The notes: generated by a model not told the origin, from the letters alone. 64,000 nt of DNA from Octopus sinensis (GCF_006345805.1 NC_043020.1:14260001-14324000); one strand, 5' to 3'; positions 1 to 12,115 are shown, numbered from the stretch's first letter. Translations and numbers: made by a program.

Positions 1-730
1 AGAGGTTTCTGGATAGAACACTATATTCTACACTACCTGAGTTCTTATAGGTGTCGATAATCCGTCAACCAGATCATCTGGAAATATGGCTAGATTATCC
101 AGATTAATAATCTCTCTTACACGTAAGACATTGCTAATGATTAATTAACTTTCCGAGTAATTTATTTTGATTTGTAGACAACTCCGAATGAAACATCCTT
201 CAGTTTTCGGTAGAAGTTTATGACATCATGAGTGAGTGTGTGACATAGCTTTTCGTTTGCTCGATAGAGCCGAATAGTTTAAACACAATTGCATACAAAC
301 TCATGACTGACATCATGTACTAATACCAAACATTTTGCTTGAAGCATCAATTAGACTTCAGGTTTATGGTTGTTGTTGATCAAAGGCATCCCTATCGTGA
401 CCATCAATTTCGAGTATGTACATAAAAAGGGTGATCGTCACGACAGGGATACCTTTTTTGTGTACATACTCGAAATCGAAGTCCCTGAACAATCAGATAC
501 TTATGTCTGTATAGGCCTAGTTATAACTACATTGGCTGAAATAGCTTTCCTTTTCCTAACAGTAGAATGAAGTTTGAGAAAATTTTGCTGCTATTTCAAG
601 ACGTAAATGGTCCCTTAGTTTCTCTGCATTAAGAATCCTTTTGATCTTCGTAGGGGTTTTTTTTTTTAGTTCACGACTTATATATATATATATCTGTAAA
701 TGTAATATGTGACAATTATTCGGTAGCCAT

Positions 731-791
731 GATAAAACTCCGAGTTTCGGATGCCGAGGTGGAAATCCACGCCGCTATCTCTTCAGTTATC
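731..791 (-). ncRNA. Type I hammerhead ribozyme motif (GUU cleavage triplet)
   Basis: Minus strand: GATAA-CTGAAGA-GAT(...GTGGATTTCCAC...)ATC-C-GAAAC-TCGGA-GTT-TTATC. Stem I GATAA/TTATC is perfect; stem III AC(T)/(A)GT; one extra C at the base of stem II. Confidence 0.65.
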
Positions 792-891
792 CGGCCATCG
801 GAAAAATGGTATGAAAAATATACAGATAAATTCCTCTATTACATAATATCGGGGTCTCTTTCTTTCCTTTGTTGTCTTACCATTTTTATCA

Positions 892-924
<33 letters not shown>

Positions 925-1006
925 ATATATATATGATGGATTGGGGAGGGAGTGTACCTGCATAGCAAGTGATTTGATTTGAGATCGTGTGCTGAAACGA
1001 AAACAA

Positions 1007-1157
1007 TTGCAGCGTGGAAGGTAGCACGGATTTTTGTCAGTGAACAGGTCGCGGTCTTAAAGCGACGAAATATTTTGACAAATTAAACTTAAATGTTGAA
1101 GTGAATCGAACGGCTTTTTGTGTTTCTTAAATGGCTTACAAACACCTTCCACGCTGC

Positions 1158-1160
<3 letters not shown>
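1007..1160. mobile_element. Small MITE-like element with ~17-bp terminal inverted repeats
   Basis: ATTGCAGCGTGGAAGGT at 1007-1023 and its reverse complement at 1144-1160, next to a (TA)n tract. Confidence 0.55.
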
Positions 1161-1199
<39 letters not shown>

Positions 1200-1399
1200 C
1201 TTGGTGCTGTGGTGGGATTGGTGTGGAGTTATCTATTTTGTTTACTAAAAGTCGTGAACTAAAAAGACACATATGAAGATCAAAAGGATATATATATATA
1301 TATATATATATATAGGGAGAATTCACAAAAAAAAAGATGAAGACAGGTGGTGTAGACAACAAACAGGTGTATTAGTTTAACGCTCGGGAAGTGAAGAAA

Positions 1400-1437
1400 T
1401 CTTTAACGTTTCGAGCCTATGCTCTTCCACAGAAAGA
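1400..1437 (-). ncRNA. Minimal hammerhead-like motif with non-canonical core (CUGUGGA)
   Basis: Minus: TCTTT-CTGTGGA-A-GAGC-ATAG-GCTC-GAAAC-GTT-AAAGA. Stems I and II pair perfectly; stem III is the palindrome AACGTT. Confidence 0.5.
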
Positions 1438-1674
1438 AAAGAGGAGACAGACACACACACACACACATTAGCAGAGATACCTGGCGTTGCTCGGCATTAA
1501 AATCGCATTATTTGTATGTGTGTATGTATGTATATATATATACATCGAGTGAAAAATGGGATGGACGCTTTGATTTTGTTTTGGTGCCTCGCTCTGTCGT
1601 ACGCGACTATGAGGATTTGCATCCCCAACGTAAAACTTATAATGTAATACATGTCCTGGAAGTAGTAATTGTAC

Positions 1675-1761
1675 GTGGCTGAAGAAGGCTATAGACACAC
1701 ATTTACATCAATTATGCATTGTTATAAACTGTCTAATAAAGGCCCGAAACATATGTACCGC
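1675..1761 (+). ncRNA. Type I hammerhead ribozyme motif with long stem-loop II
   Basis: GTGG-CTGAAGA-AGGCT...GGCCC-GAAAC-ATAT-GTA-CCGC; same family as 33307-33384 and 34617-34694. Confidence 0.7.
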
Positions 1762-1803
1762 TAAATCCTTTGCATCATGTTTTTATTTTGATAAATATAT
1801 ATA

Positions 1804-2068
1804 TCATCGTCGTTTAGCGTCCGTTTTCCATGCTAGCATGGGTTGGATGGTTCTACTGGGGTCTGTGAAGCCAGAAGGCTTCATCAGGCCCAGTCAAATC
1901 TGGCAGTGTTTCTACGGCTGGATGCCCTTCCTAACGCCAACCACTCCGTGAGTGTAGTGGGTGCTTTTTACGTGCCACCCGCACAGGTGCCAGACAGAGC
2001 TGGCAAACGGCCACGAACGGATGGTGCTTTTTATGTGCCACCGGCACAAGGGCCAGGCGAGGCTGGCA
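1804..2068 (-). mobile_element. 5'-truncated RTE LINE 3' UTR (family B)
   Basis: Matches the 3' region of the RTE at 44452-45625, including the GTGCCACCGGCAC modules and the tail end. Confidence 0.75.
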
Positions 2069-2535
2069 TATATATATATATATATATCTATATATATATA
2101 TATATTACAATAATGTTGAAACAGCCGATATGGGACAGTGCGGCATTGACGACAAAACATTTGTGGACTAAATTTTAAAGCTTTTGCAGAAATGACAATT
2201 TGAGTTTTGCACACCAATTTGGACAGAATTATAATTTTTATAAGAATGCGATGGAGTATATCTGAAAGCAGGTCCAGGAGTTGTGAAGAACGAATTTGTA
2301 CCTGGTCTGTTTCTGAGAGCTATTCCATTGCTGATCTTGGGAAAGTTTCATCTCCCTTCTCTCTTGAAACCTTATTTGACATGCTACACCATGCCTTTGC
2401 TGATCTTGAGAAAGACTTATGTCCCATATCTCCTGACACTCTTGCCTTTAGTTTTCTGCAATCCTGGAGAGATTATGTTTTTTCTTTGTTGGCATAATTT
2501 TTGTTCAATATTGTAATCCCAAAATTATGAACATA

Positions 2536-2940
2536 GGCGTAGGAGTGACTGTGTGGTAAGCAGCTTGCTTACGAACCACATGATTCCGGGTTCAGTCCCA
2601 CTGCGTAGCACCTTGGGCAAGTGTCTTCTACTATAGCCTCGGGCTGACCAGAGCCTTGTTAGTGGATTTGGTAGACGGAAACTGAAGGAAGCCTGTCGTA
2701 TATATGTAAATATATATATATGTGTGTGTGTTTGTGTGTCTGTGTTTGTCCCCCCAACATCACTTGACAACCGACGCTGGTGTGTTTACACCCCTGCAAC
2801 TTAGCGGTTCGGCAAAAGAGACCGATAGAATAAGCACTAGGCTTACAAAGAATAAGTCCTGGGGTCGATTTGCTCGACTAAAGATGGTGCTCCAGCATGT
2901 CCACAGTCACATGACTGAAACAAGTAAAGAGTAAAAGAGT
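2536..2940 (+). mobile_element. tRNA-derived SINE family A, full length
   Basis: tRNA-like head GGCGTAGGAGTGACTGTGTGG...GGTTCAGTCCC, then TTGGGCAAGTG (reminiscent of CORE-SINE bodies), an internal TA/TG microsatellite and an (AAAAGAGT)n tail; ~25 copies in the window. Confidence 0.85.
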
Positions 2941-3176
2941 CTAGGAAAAATAAATATACATTAACCTCTATTTTTGTAAGTAGTTGTATGTATGTAGTAT
3001 GTTTGCATTTTTGTATGCAGTGTAAGTTTACCAAATATAAGCAAATTGTAAATAACTTGCAACTGCTGTGCTAATTATGAACTGGTAATTGAACAGTAGA
3101 TGTGTATTTTTATATACCTTGGACGTACCACCAAATTGTTTTTTGTCGAGTTTCACCTCCAGCCATTCTCATCACA

Positions 3177-3228
<52 letters not shown>

Positions 3229-3302
3229 TATATGACCGCGTGTGTGCTGTTGGCGATTTTTTTCCCTCTGTCTTCCCTTCTCTGGATCTTTCCTTCTCCT
3301 AT

Positions 3303-3337
3303 GTTTCTAACGAAGAGCTCCGCTCGAAATGTTAAAC
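3303..3337 (+). ncRNA. Decayed minimal hammerhead motif
   Basis: GTTT-CTAACGA-A-GAGC-TCC-GCTC-GAAAT-GTT-AAAC. Stems are intact but two core positions are mutated. Confidence 0.45.
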
Positions 3338-4348
3338 CCTCCTTCTTTCCTGAGTGTCCAATAATACTATATTTGTTCCACGTCCTCGCGTTGTTGTGTT
3401 TTCTCTTTGCTTTCATGTTTGGATTAACTTTATATATATGTGTGTGTATGTATAGATGTGCTTGTTTAATAATGTACATAATGAACATGCAAAGACCCAC
3501 ACAGTCACAGACACATACACATTCATATACAAAATGTGACGCTACACACATTCTCACAGTCACATACATATAGTAAGAGAAATGTATATAGACATACATT
3601 TATGCATGTCCGTCATCACATAATATATATATATATATATGTACAGATGTGTGTGTGATTAACAACATACCTAATGCGAAACACACAGAGACATACTCAT
3701 ATACAAAATGTGACATTGTCGTGGTGGTGGTGGTGGTATAAAATGTCCTTTACTATTTCATACATATCGATCGCACTAACACATGCACACTCATATAAAA
3801 TATCCTGTACTATAGTTGACTATACATTCATGCATGTCAGACATCACATATATATATGAATGTGTAGGTGTGTGTGTGTGTGTGTGAAAATACTGACACA
3901 TAGACACTCATACACTCACAGACACAGAAACACATACAAAATGCAGAAACACTCATGCACACTGACAGACACATACACTCATACACTCACACACATACAC
4001 AGACAGACACATACACACTCATATACAAAGTGTGATGTTGTCATCGTTGTCGTGGTATAAAATGTCCTCTACTATATTTGACTATAGAAAGATTATCTCT
4101 ATAAAATGTTATATGTTGACACTTAATAGAAATGCATGTATGAACTGCTAATTTAACAGTAAATGCCACAATAATTATTATAGGTAAATTTCCTACTATA
4201 TAATATATATATATATATATATATAATAAATATTAGGGAATAATCCAAATTTACAGGGAAAAAATCAGATTTAGGATTAAATCCAATTTTATAAGTAAAA
4301 TATTATATAATATTATTAGTGGTTTTATCTCTCATAATATTATATATA

Positions 4349-4383
<35 letters not shown>

Positions 4384-5458
4384 TATTAAGTAAACTGAAA
4401 GAATAAAAGTGAGCAATATTCACTTCGACATGTAATACCAACCAGTCTAAAAGATTACTCTGGGCATGCATTAGGCAAGAAGTTGAAAATTTTTGGGGGC
4501 CCATGACATTCCATGGACCCTAAGTAATGCATGTGTAAAATTTGAATGAAATTGGTTGGGTATTTTTCTGGCTCTCCAGTCCTTAGTCAAACCGTCCAAC
4601 CCCAGACGTTAAATGACAATGATGATGATGATATTTATACAAATATATATATATTTCTCTTTCTCTTTTATTTGTTTCAGTCATTTTACTGTGGCCATGC
4701 TGGTGCAGCCTCCTGGCTTCCCAGACCCTGGTCGAACCGTCCAACCCATGCTAGCATGAAAAACGGACGTTAAACGATGATGATGATGATATATATATAT
4801 ATATTATATATATATATATACATAGTGAAACTAATGAAAAGTGAAACTACACCCACTACACTCAAACAGTGGTTGGCATTAGAAAGGGCATCCAGCTGTA
4901 GAAACACTGCCAGATCAGTTCGGCCTGAGGCTGTAGTAGAAGACACTTGCCCAAGGTGCCATGCAGTAGGAGTGAACCCGGAACCGTGTGGCTGGTAAGC
5001 AAGCTACTTACCACACAGCCACTCCTATGCCTATATAATCGTAACTTACACTTCCTGAAAGGTGTTTGTAGGAAATTTCATTAAAATATATGCATGCTCG
5101 TATCACTATTCAGCTGTGGTGCCCCAGCATGGCTGCGGCCTTCGGGCTAAAACATTTTTAAGGATTTAAGGATGCATTTTTATGAGTGTTATGCAGAATC
5201 AAAGTTGGTGTGGGCAGAAGATACAATTCTGTAGGTGTGTTCCTGTAAACCACATTTTGATTTTTAAAAAAAAAAAAATTTTAAACTGGAATTTATGTAA
5301 GGTGTTTACATGTTGATTTGTCTGACATCTTACCAACTTCCTTATCAGAGATTTTTAGGAAAAGTTCTTTAACCCTAAGTCAATCCTGATCAAGCAACCC
5401 TAACATCAAGCTATTCCAGCCATGATCATTCTGAACCTTTTGGAGTCTGTAAGTTTAA

Positions 5459-5677
5459 CCCTTTAGTGTTCTGATTATTCAATCAAACATAATGCCTATT
5501 GATTCCCATTGATTTTAATTAATCATGCATTATCTCATATCTTCAAGATCTTGATGGTGTAACTACTTAATGTAGAATAACATTGTAGGGTAGGTGTGAG
5601 AGCCTGGATCTGGTCAGTTTGAACATAAAACAGATTAAATATTTTGGCCGGATATGGCCAGTTTAAATACTAAAGGG
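5459..5677. mobile_element. piggyBac-type MITE
   Basis: TTAA|CCCTTTAG...CTAAAGGG|TTAA, 219 bp. Confidence 0.8.
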
Positions 5678-6282
5678 TTAAGATGGTGGTGTTGGATCTG
5701 ATTTAAGGAAGATTTAGCTTGTATTTTTAGTAGAATGTGTGTTTATATAGAAGCTCCCTCACTGGATAATTATCAATCTAGGTATACCAATAAAGTATTG
5801 CTTGCAATTTTGTGTATGCTCTGAAGGAAATTTATTTCTTCATTGCAGAACAAATCTAAATTATGTAATGAATTAATAGAAGAGACCCATTAGTAAACTG
5901 CTACAAAGATTGAGTTCAAGGAAGGCTGGACTATGACACTGTGATAAAAATAATAAATTGAAATTTGATACAAGTCAAACACTGATGTGTCTGATTAACA
6001 AAGAAACATTATAGTATTAACAAACATAGATAGAATGGTGTGATATTTGAATATTTCAGTTAAGCAAACATAAATCAACTGGCAATAATAGAGGATGTCA
6101 TAATGTCTTGTAAAAGGAGAATGCTCTGTTATCGTATGTAAGATCTAAAACTGTTGTTCTCAACCTTTGAATCCTATTTTATTTTACTGGTCATCCATAG
6201 CCATTTTTATAATCAAATATTGTTAGGAATTGTATTGGAAAATGAAAATATTTAATGTATTGTAGAAGTATATGCAATTTCT

Positions 6283-6680
6283 TACTCTCTTTTTACTCTT
6301 ATACTTGTTTCAGTCATTTGACTGTGGCCATGCTGGAGCACCGTCTTTAGTCGAGCAAATCGACCCCAGGACTTATTCTTTGTAAGCCTAGTACTTATTC
6401 TATCAGTGTCTTTTGCTGAACCGCTAAGTTACGGGGACATAAACACACCACCATTGGTTGTCAAGAGATGTTGGGGGGGACAAACACAGACACGCAAACA
6501 TATACACATACATATATACGATGGGCTTCTTTCAGTTTCCGTCTACCAAATCCACTCACTAGGCTTTGGTCAGCCTGAGGCTTTAGTAGAAAACACTTGC
6601 CCAAGGTGTCTTGCAGTGGGACTGAACCCAGAACCATGTGGTTGGTAAGCAAGCTACTTACCACACAGCCACACCTGCGC
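6283..6680 (-). mobile_element. SINE family A, full length
   Basis: Reverse complement of the family A sequence. Confidence 0.85.
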
Positions 6681-6918
6681 ATAAATTTTAACAAAAAAAT
6701 CCTGTATGGAACCTGGTTGAGAACACTTGGTCTAAAACAAAAGATAAGCCTACATACATGGCCTAGCGGTCCATTGTTCATTAATACAAAGAATGTCGGG
6801 ATTAAAAGTTGAAGCAACATTCTGGCACTCCTTTGGTTACAACGACAACTGATCCTGTTGATCCAATCAATTATGAAATTAACATGCAAGTGACCAGGCA
6901 CTCCACAAACACATGTAA

Positions 6919-7307
6919 TCTTTATATATAAAAGTGAGGTTGTGTGCTGTGTGTCTCCTACGATTTAGATTCCTTACTACTCCCACATTTTGCGGTGCAG
7001 TTTAACCAAAACCGGGTATCTTATAGTCATATCAAGCCCTTCTGGGTATTAGCGCACATCTACGATGAGTCTACGATTTAAAAAAAAAAATTACCATAAA
7101 TTTTTCCCATTTTTAATGCATTTTTGGCATATATAAGAGAAGTAACTCTCTAAAAATGTATCATTAAATCTTAGAACGTAAAAAGCTACAGTAACCCCCC
7201 CCTTTGTGGTTAGCCATATTGAGATGGCTATTATACTTTACATATCTAAAAATGCTTATATAGTTATTTCCCTTACAAACCTGAGCAACGCCGGGCGATA
7301 CTACTAG
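6919..7307 (+). mobile_element. Non-autonomous Helitron
   Basis: A|TC 5' end, subterminal hairpin CCTGAGCAACGCCGGG, CTAG|T 3' end, no TSD. Confidence 0.8.
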
Positions 7308-7670
7308 TCCTTAATGAAGGTCTTCCGGAGAACTAGCAAGACCACAGGATGTAAAAAGGCTGACCCTTGTGAATTACAGGTACAACTAATTTTTTCCAGC
7401 TGATGAGTCTAGAATGAAAGATTATCAGGTCCTTAATACAAAAGATGTTGAATTAAGCAACTGAAGCAACAGTATATATATAACTATGTATGTATGTATG
7501 TATGTATGTATGCATGCATGCATGCATGCATGCATATCTATATTTATGTTTGTGTATATATATATATTTGTGTGTGTGTGTATATGTATATATATATATA
7601 TATGTATATGTATAAATGTGTATATCTATTTTTATGTGTATATGTAATTATATGTATACATGTATATATA

Positions 7671-7920
7671 TCATCGTTTAGCATCCACTTTCCATGCTAG
7701 CTTGGGTTGGACAGTTCGACCGGGATCTGGGAAGCCAGAAGGCTGCACCAAGCTCCACTCTGATCTGGCAGTGTTTCTACAGCTGGATGCCCTTCCTAAC
7801 GCCAACCACTCCATGAGTGTAGTGGGTGTTTTTTACGTGCCACCGGCACAGGGGCCAGAGGGAGCTGCCAATGGCCACAATCAGTCGGTGCTTTTTACGT
7901 GCCACCGGCACAGGTGCCAG
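7671..7920 (-). mobile_element. RTE 3' UTR fragment (family B)
   Basis: Same modules and tail end as other family B copies. Confidence 0.75.
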
Positions 7921-8320
7921 TCAAGTTAAACAAGGATGATGATGTAGGTATATGTGTGTGTAATATTATAGTTAAAGATTTAAGTGGTTTCTCAATTTTC
8001 AAATATTTGAAATAGAAATGCCTGGCTTATGTTACACCTGTCTGGCTTCTGTCTTGCCTCATTTTTTATTGAAATTAGTGTATGTTTTGAATAGGATTTG
8101 GCTGGTCAAGGATAGTCACATACCAGGTTCCCTGCTATGTCTGTATGTTAGTAGGAGGTAACAATGCTTAGTGTCATATAAGACTGACACGATTGACTGA
8201 ACAAGTTCACTACTCTTACTCTTTACTCTTTTACTCGTTTCAGTCAGTTGACTGTGGCCATGCTGGAGCACCGCCTTTAGCCAAGCAACTCGACACAACC
8301 CTCCCGGGACTTATTCTTTG

Positions 8321-8420
8321 NNNNNNNNNNNNNNNNNNNNNNNNNNNNNNNNNNNNNNNNNNNNNNNNNNNNNNNNNNNNNNNNNNNNNNNNNNNNNNNN
8401 NNNNNNNNNNNNNNNNNNNN
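8321..8420. other. Assembly gap (100 N)
   Basis: Run of N splitting a family A SINE from a family C SINE fragment. Confidence 0.99.
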
Positions 8421-9153
8421 AAGCTGATTACATCGACCCCAGTGAGTAACAGGTACTTAATTTATCGCCCGAAAGGATGAAAGGCAAAGTCGACCTCAGC
8501 GGCGTGCTTACGTTTCTGCCAGCTCACATGCACATGTCCATTTCATATATGTTCTTTCAATTTCTGCTCTCTCATTACACAGATATCCAGTACAATAGCT
8601 CTCACATACATTTTCTTCTTTAAAAAGGTACGTGTCTATTTTATTCTATAGGCATATAACAATGACTTCTTCCATACTTTTCCACTTTATATTTTATATT
8701 CACTTTTCTTAAATCGGATACGTCTGCTCTATTAAGTTGTAGAACTTTGGCAGTACAGTTAAAAATCATTTCTGCTTTACTTCTTACATAGAATTTCCCT
8801 GTAAATTCTTACAGCTTCATGTTTTGGTGATGATTGAAATATCAAACATTTTCTAACTGTTAAAGCAATTCTTAACGTCAACTTCTCTTTGTGGGGTTAA
8901 TTATCTTCATCTTTAGTTAGTTTCTCATTCAAACTACATAATATGCAGAATTGTCGGATTAATACAGTAGGGTGTTTTGAGGGAGATTTGGCTGCTATTT
9001 CTCCCAGGTCTACCTATCATGTAGACGTCTGAACTTCATTTTCATTCACAGATTTGTATTTCAGAAAATTCGCATAATCTTTTCCATAAATCAACTATCA
9101 TAAAAATTTTAGGTAAATTTTCTACTATGACCTCACATTTTCTATGTATGTGT

Positions 9154-9570
9154 GGCGCAGGAGTGGCTGTGTGGTAAGTAGCTTGCTAACCAACCACATG
9201 GTTCCGGGTTCAGTCCCACTGCGTGGCACCTTGGGCAAGTGTCTTCTACTATAGCCTCGGGCCAACCAAAGCCTTGTGAGTGGATTTGGTAGACAGAAAC
9301 TGAAAGAAGCCCGTCATATATATGTATATATATATATGTATGTGTGTGTATATATGTTTGTGTGTCTGTGTTTGTCCCCCTAGCATTGCTTGACAACCAA
9401 TGCTGGTGTGTTTATGTCCCCGTCACTTAGTGGTTCGGCAAAAGAGACCGATAGAATAAGTACTGGGCTTACAAAGAATAAGTCCCGGGGTTGAGTTGCT
9501 TGATTAAAGGCGGTGCTCCAGCATGGCCGCAGTCAAATGACTGAAACAAGTGAAAGAGTAAAAGGAGTAA
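9154..9570 (+). mobile_element. SINE family A, full length
   Basis: Family A head, internal microsatellite and tail. Confidence 0.85.
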
Positions 9571-9840
9571 TAGCTAATGAGAAAATTGATTAAAACATTT
9601 TCTAATGGAATTCCCCTGTTTGTTCCTCCATAAAAACAACCAGTTGCTCACACAGGTGGCATATACCATTTAACATAATCTTTTCCATAAATCAACTATT
9701 GTAAAAATTTTATACGATGAGCACACACGCACACACACACACACACACACAACATGTCCATTTCATAAATCTTCTTTCAATTTCTGTTCTCTGGAAATAA
9801 AATTTTTACGGATACAACTGCTTGCGAAAATAGGGATTAA

Positions 9841-10248
9841 TACTCTCTCTTTACTCTTTTATTTGTTTCAGTCATTTGACTGCGGCCATGCTGGAGCACC
9901 GCCTTCAGTCGAGCAAACCGATCCTGGGACTTATTCTTTGTAAGCCCAGTACTTATTCTATCGGTCTCTTTTGCTGAACTGCTAAGCGGCAGGGACATAA
10001 ACACACCAGCATCGGTTGTCAAGCAATGCTAGGGGGACAAACACAGGCACACAAACACTGACACACATATATATTTACATATATACGACAGGCTTCTTTC
10101 AGTTTCCATCTACCAAATCCACTCACAAGGCATTGGTCGGCCCGAGGCTATAGTAGATGACACTTGCCCAAGGTGCCACGCAGTGGGACTGAACCCGGAA
10201 CCATGTGGTTGGTAAACAAGCTACTTACCACACAGCCACTCCTGCGCC
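9841..10248 (-). mobile_element. SINE family A, full length
   Basis: Reverse-complement copy, tail-to-tail with 9154-9570. Confidence 0.85.
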
Positions 10249-11159
10249 TTGTGTACCCACATGTGTACCCTTAGTATAAATCTCATGGAAATTCAGCGTG
10301 ACACAGAATGTGACAAAGCTGACCCATTTGTGTTATAAGTACTATTCATTTTTACCAGCTGATAAACTTAATATAAGAGATTATCAAGTCTTTAATCCTA
10401 AGGATTTTGGAATTAGCAACTGAAGCCACAGTATCACTAAATATATCTTTTAAAGAATTTTTACTGATATTTACAAAAAATATCAAGTTGGTGAAGTTTT
10501 TGCATTGCAGTGTTTGACATTCTAACAGCTGTAGAACTTGAGCAAAAAACAATTAACAGTATTTATATACAATTTATTGCTATTTGACTTAATGACATCA
10601 ACCAGCGAACAAATTACATTTAATTAGTCTAAATGGCAATCAGATTTAATGTTTTGTGTGACAGAATCAAGAATCACGAATGCACCAGCTGCACTGTTTT
10701 GAATTGCTCTGATCTTATATAAACTTTTGTTCTCTGGAAGAGCCTATTAAGAGTATAGGGACGGCAGGAGTTTCTCTTGTTAAATTCTTTGTTTGAATAG
10801 TTTATATTTCTTTATTGCTAACCTTTATTTACAAATTAAACTGTAACAGACATGGAAGGTCACATATTTTGTTGAGAGAGAGGTAGACATTTCAGTTGAA
10901 TCCAGTGTATGACTGGTACTTATGTTTCTTGACCTTAGGGAGGATGGAAAGATGACGTTGCCCTCAACAGATTTTGAACTCTACTGATTCTGTCTGTTTA
11001 TCTCTCTTTATTTAAACAAATATTATTGAAGTAGAAGTCCTTAGCTTTATATGAAATGTGGAAATAAGAAAGATACATGTTCATACCTTCCTCCATGGTA
11101 TTATCAATGTACATTTATCATCATCATCATTGACATCATCATCATCATCCTTTAACATC

Positions 11160-11545
11160 TTCACATTCTGAGTTCAAATTCCACCGATGTCAACTTTGCC
11201 TTTTATCCTTTCGGAGGTGATAAAATAAGCACCAGTTGAGTATTGGGGCCAATGTAATCAATTTACTCCCTCTCTACAAATTGATGCCTTTGTGCCAAAA
11301 ATAGGAATCAATATTACTTAAAAGTACAAAGCAGTGAGCTGGTTACACTGTTGCAGCATTGGGCAAAATGCTTAGTGGCGTTTTATCTGTCATTGTGTTC
11401 TGAGTTCAAATTCCACCAATATCAACTTCACTTTTATGCTTTTGGGAGTAATAAAATAAGTACCAGTCGAGCACTGGGGTTGATGTAATCGACTTACTCC
11501 CTCCCCTGAAATTGCTGGTCTTGTGCCAAAATTTGAAACCAATGT
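11160..11545 (+). mobile_element. SINE family C, two degraded tandem copies
   Basis: GAGTTCAAATT box B-like motif followed by GCCTTT.ATCCTTTCGG..GATAAAATAAG.ACCAG. Confidence 0.65.
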
Positions 11546-11627
11546 TTATCACATGAAAGTAGTCATGTATTAAGATTTATGTATATGTGCATAATATGCA
11601 TTATAATATCAACCATTCATATAGACA

Positions 11628-12115
11628 CAGGAGTGGCTGTGTGGTAAGTAGCTTGCTTACCAACCACATGGTCCTGGGTTCCCACTGCATGGCACCTTGG
11701 GCAAATGTCTTCTACTATAGCCTTGGGCCAACCAAAGCCTTGTAAGTGGATTTGGTAGACGGAAACTGAAAGAAGCCCGTCATATTTGTTTTATTTTTTC
11801 TTAATTTTATCTTATCTAGTTTCAGCTCATGAGCTGTGGCCATGCTGGGGCACCGCCATTCAAATATAATGTTCCCATACCATATATATATATGTGTGTG
11901 TGTGAATGTTTGTGTGTCTGTGTTTGTTCCCCACCCCCCAAAATCACTCGACAACTGATGCTGGTGTGTTTACATCCCCATAACTTAGCGGTTCGGCAAA
12001 AGAGACCAATAGAATAAGTGCTAGGCTTACAAAAAATATGTCCTGGGGTCAATTTGCTCGACTAAAGGTAGTGCTCCAGCATGGCTGCAGTCAAATGACT
12101 GCAACCAAAGAAAAA
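11628..12115 (+). mobile_element. SINE family A, interrupted
   Basis: Head at 11628-11780 and 3' half at ~11880-12115, with a short inverted tail fragment at ~11815-11865 between them. Confidence 0.7.

Noticed and set aside
635-1293. ~45-bp inverted match (635-679 versus 1250-1293) as TIRs of one element
   Set aside because: More likely a partial inverted copy of the adjacent repeat; there is no TSD and (TA)n lies inside rather than outside.
2525-2934. Recurrent small ORFs such as MTTDAGVF... and MSSNARGTNTDTQ...
   Set aside because: Chance frames of family A SINE, repeated with every copy.
7396-7425. CTGATGA...GAAAG as a hammerhead
   Set aside because: No stem II or stem III pairing; lies in an old dispersed repeat.
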